From an uncultured Nitrospirales bacterium (GTDB lineage Bacteria > Hydrogenedentota > Hydrogenedentia > Hydrogenedentales > GCA-2746185), in contig CAYNZS010000002.1 of the NCBI GenBank assembly GCA_964401695.1, positions 1-46,614 on the forward strand: a stretch of DNA of 46,614 nt, read 5' to 3'. A model generated the notes under the pieces. That model had not been told where the DNA came from, ran no database searches, and saw only the letters and a list, made by a program, of their open reading frames with translations. The position numbers and the translations under genes are program-made. Shown piece after piece: positions 46,280 to 46,614 of the stretch. How positions within the stretch are numbered: the first letter of the stretch is position 1; each line of letters opens with the position of its first letter.

Positions 46280-46614
46280 TTGGAGGCGCTGGAACTGAAG
46301 GAGGTTATCGAGCGGTGTGTCGTGGGCGACGGCCCGGCGCGCGCCCAATTCTTGGCGGAATACTACGAATTGGCGAAGCGGGCGATCGCTCAGATCCACC
46401 GCCACCACGGCGCGGATGCTTTTTCGATTGGCGATGTCGAAGACATCTGCCATGAACTGTTCGTCAAACTATTCGCGGACGATTGCCGGGCGCTACAGCG
46501 TGTGCACAATCCGGCTTAATTGGACGCTTGGGTTATTACGGCTGCGCCGAATGAAGCGGTGTCGGCCTTTCGCAAGCACGTCTCGCGCGACCGCGCGAAG
46601 ACCGAGATGTCCCG
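46280..46614 (+). pseudogene. sigma-70/ECF-like factor N-terminal part, interrupted by an in-frame TAA (46517-46519); runs off the window end
   Basis: Region-2-like IGDVEDICHELFVKLFADDCRALQRVHNPA*LDAWVITAAPNEAVSAFRKHVSR. The sequence after the stop continues in the same frame with the expected W-[LV]-x-x-[IA]-A-x-N...R pattern. The start is uncertain (TTG 46280 or ATG 46205). Confidence 0.4.

Noticed and set aside
1-46614. Looked across the whole window for CRISPR arrays, tandem repeats, rRNA/tRNA genes, transposases, integrases, and phage or defence-system genes.
   Set aside because: I noticed no regularly spaced direct repeats, no tRNA-like T-arm/acceptor pairs, and no DDE, tyrosine or serine recombinase, or nuclease/ATPase defence signatures. 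Apart from small islets, the window reads as core chromosome.

Overview
This is a GC-rich bacterial chromosomal segment using the standard code: TAA, TAG and TGA all terminate confident genes. I call about 40 protein genes, and most are housekeeping.

Gene content in window order:
- A secreted FecR-like protein and an adjacent lipoprotein.
- A surface-polysaccharide block: two GT2 genes, a GT4, a discoidin-domain lipoprotein and a Wzz-like protein.
- A small, highly signalled secreted-protein gene.
- A minus-strand operon: ApgM-family gene, cimA, then a B12-binding radical SAM gene.
- rsmG and a GT9 heptosyltransferase.
- A minus-strand operon: acyl-CoA carboxyltransferase, larB, larC, coaD.
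- An acyl-CoA synthetase.
- trpDCFBA followed directly by a prepilin peptidase, an MBL-fold hydrolase and manA.
- An ECF sigma/anti-sigma pair, then a multi-PDZ HtrA protease with a degenerate paralog.
- A pterin block: SDR, folB, folK, folE.
- A JAB-DinG fusion helicase, pgi, a polytopic membrane protein and a partial sigma-like gene.

I recognise no rRNA, tRNA, CRISPR array, transposase or integrase, and I see no clear-cut novel multi-gene system.

The observations most worth a second look:
1. An N-terminal JAMM/MPN metallopeptidase domain fused to a DinG/XPD-type Fe-S helicase.
2. Three independently disrupted genes: an in-frame TGA, two frameshifts, and an in-frame TAA.
3. Two unusually long non-coding regions carrying repeated motifs (15941-16530 and 34758-35495).
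4. A 31-bp-stem hairpin whose wobble pairs only work on the + strand.
5. A small degraded toxin-antitoxin-like islet upstream of the trp operon.

All functional calls come from reading motifs in the translations. No database search was run.
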